Below are positions 25,704 to 25,781 of a DNA stretch of 25,781 bases, piece after piece. Made by a program: the position numbers and the translations under genes. Positions within the stretch are counted from its first letter, which is position 1, and each line of letters opens with the position of its first letter. Below the pieces are notes generated by a model, which was not told the origin of the DNA, did no database searches, and was given only the letters and a program-made list of their open reading frames with translations. The DNA lies in the IMG/VR virus record IMGVR_UViG_3300038314_000939, positions 1 through 25,781 of that record. The stretch is one strand, 5' to 3'. Source of the DNA: a virus. Its lineage: Duplodnaviria > Caudoviricetes.

Positions 25704-25781
25704 CCCTTACATAAGCCATTAACAAGCCACTTGACACCTTTTTGTTTTTTGTTTTTTTATTTTTTCCCAAAAATAGCCCCT

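Noticed and set aside
136-25714. All plus-strand ORFs in the track, and short nested minus-strand ORFs (4865-5092, 9757-9969, 24661-24849)
   Set aside because: They are shadows or alternative frames of longer motif-bearing minus-strand genes and have no recognisable motifs.
25731-25770. Plus-strand TTGACA followed by T-tracts as a divergent promoter or terminator; also the track's TTG start at 25770
   Set aside because: There is no -10 at proper spacing and no preceding hairpin. The Lys-rich extension is just the translated A-tract upstream of the leaderless promoter.

Overview
A fragment of a tailed dsDNA phage genome (Caudoviricetes, podovirus-like head/short-tail module). Every credible gene is on the minus strand, in standard code 11. 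Read in transcription direction (right to left): a Phd/YefM-like regulator behind a leaderless sigma70-type promoter; small accessory genes (MazG-like protein, Zn ribbon, truncated N6/N4 DNA methyltransferase, two membrane peptides, RusA, two HNH nucleases); large terminase with a 356-aa LAGLIDADG intein at Walker B; portal; scaffold; cement-like protein; major capsid protein; beta-helix and other decoration/fibre proteins; a free-standing endonuclease VII; two multi-LamG proteins; a holin-like protein; head-tail adaptor; beta-propeller nozzle; and a LamG tail protein (>820 aa) running off the left edge that the ORF track missed. The most interesting unannotated signals are: (1) a relic duplicate of the terL 3' end that supplies the portal promoter -35, plus the same FDK(F/Y)S(I/V)x C-terminal motif on the small gene after the portal; (2) four sense-strand structured RNAs in the capsid-module spacers, one with two CGUUAG loops; (3) a sharp codon-usage junction marking a swapped LamG domain. 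Product calls come from motif recognition and gene order by eye. No database search or folding program was run.
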